Shown: positions 63,200 through 64,000 of the stretch, piece after piece | How the letters are laid out: every line of letters begins with the position of its first letter | Position numbering within the stretch: the stretch's first letter is position 1 | Assembly: GCA_020184695.1 (NCBI GenBank) | Contig: JAANOX010000082.1 | Location: 124,001 to 188,000 of the forward strand | Source: Histomonas meleagridis 2922-C6/04-290x | Taxonomy: Eukaryota; Protista; Parabasalia | Direction: 5' to 3' | Length of the DNA stretch: 64,000 nucleotides | Translations under genes and position numbers: made by a program | Notes under the pieces: model-generated | The model's database searches: none | The model's input: the letters and a program-made list of their open reading frames with translations, nothing else | Told to the model about the DNA's origin: nothing

Positions 63200-64000
63200 T
63201 ATCTATGTTTACAAGATGATTTTTTTGTTGAAATTTCATGAATTAATTCAGTTAATTCTGTGTGACCACTATTTGTTGTGCAATCATAAATGCTGTTTTA
63301 AATAATATAAATTTTTTCCGAAAATATTTTGAAATAAGAAATCAAATAAATTAATATGTTTAGAGTTGATATTAATTCCTTTTTGTTCGAGAAGTAATTT
63401 AAATACTTCTATATGTCCTTTTTCAGATGCAACCATAAGTGCTGTTTCGAATAATTTAAGGCATTACCAAATATTATTTTTGAATTAATTAATAACAAAA
63501 TTAATATCAAATAAAACATATAAATATTTTTATTATTAATATTAATTCCTTTTTGCTCGAGAAGTAATTTTACTATTTCTGTATAACCTTTTTCAGATGC
63601 TTTAATAAGTGGTGTTTGAAATATTGTTCACACAAATGAATGATTTCAAAATTTCCACCTGCAACTGCATAATCACCTGTGTTACTTACATTTGCACCAT
63701 TCATAAGTAAATATTTAAAACATTAAATTGATCCAAAATATGCAGCATAATCAATTAATGTTACATCTTCTTGATTAATATATGTGTATCTTTCATAAAG
63801 TGATCGCTCAATAGTTTGGTTAAAATCAAAATCATTTTGTGATGATATTTCTTGGAATTTTTCTATTTCATCATTTCGAATTATCTTCACAATTTTTGAT
63901 GGTTAACTCCTTCTTCAATTAACTTCTTATGAAGTTCCCAATCATTTTTTGAAAGTTCATCATAATTTTCTTTAATTTTATCTCCAAGTCTTGTATGTTC
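63200..64000 (-). pseudogene. DUF3447-type ankyrin gene remnant (locus C, 5' partial) with spacer-separated modules
   Basis: IRNDEIEKFQE..LIDYAAYFGSI and YAVAGGNFEIIHLCEQ, then a deletion, then modules TPLIKASEKGY and TALMVASEKGH separated by 68-nt and 47-nt spacers. Confidence 0.8.

Noticed and set aside
1-64000. tRNA, rRNA or snRNA genes
   Set aside because: I recognised no cloverleaf, rRNA or snRNA signature by eye; tRNAscan-SE or Infernal would be needed to exclude them.

Overview
AT-rich, essentially intron-free eukaryotic DNA, almost certainly a parabasalid (trichomonad). The evidence is an Initiator-binding-domain protein, BspA/TpLRR surface proteins, DUF3447-type ankyrin genes, an archaeal-type AlaRS and TCA(C/T)T initiator motifs just upstream of ATGs. 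The species cannot be fixed from sequence alone. The window holds about 28 intact or near-intact genes, including AlaRS (partial, missing from the ORF track), CK2-beta, WW-MyTH4-RhoGAP, a Stealth phosphotransferase, a P2B-like ATPase, two CAMK-group kinases, BspA, an L-type lectin, E1, a Tweety-like protein, TAF8, Derlin, a bacterial-like AKR, a uridine kinase, a Rab and an Arf. It also holds several pseudogenes, a 243-bp Tc1/mariner-type MITE and a decayed Tc1 transposase. The most unusual signal is in the ankyrin loci (6.5-9.2, 39.2-39.6, 59.0-61.1 and 63.2-64.0 kb, plus a solo module at 27.9 kb). Successive ankyrin repeats are separated at the same loop position by AT-rich spacers of 28-228 nt. 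These share a 3' core (AATAAT(AT)TTGGAA...TTTAA.T.ATT), occur in all three phases, absorb VNTR expansions and a transposon, and lack AG acceptors and the trichomonad branch site. Removing them in silico at 59-61 kb yields one uninterrupted ORF with three internal 99-nt one-repeat exons and a natural stop. This suggests an undescribed non-canonical intron, bypass or cassette system, which is an inference that needs RNA data.
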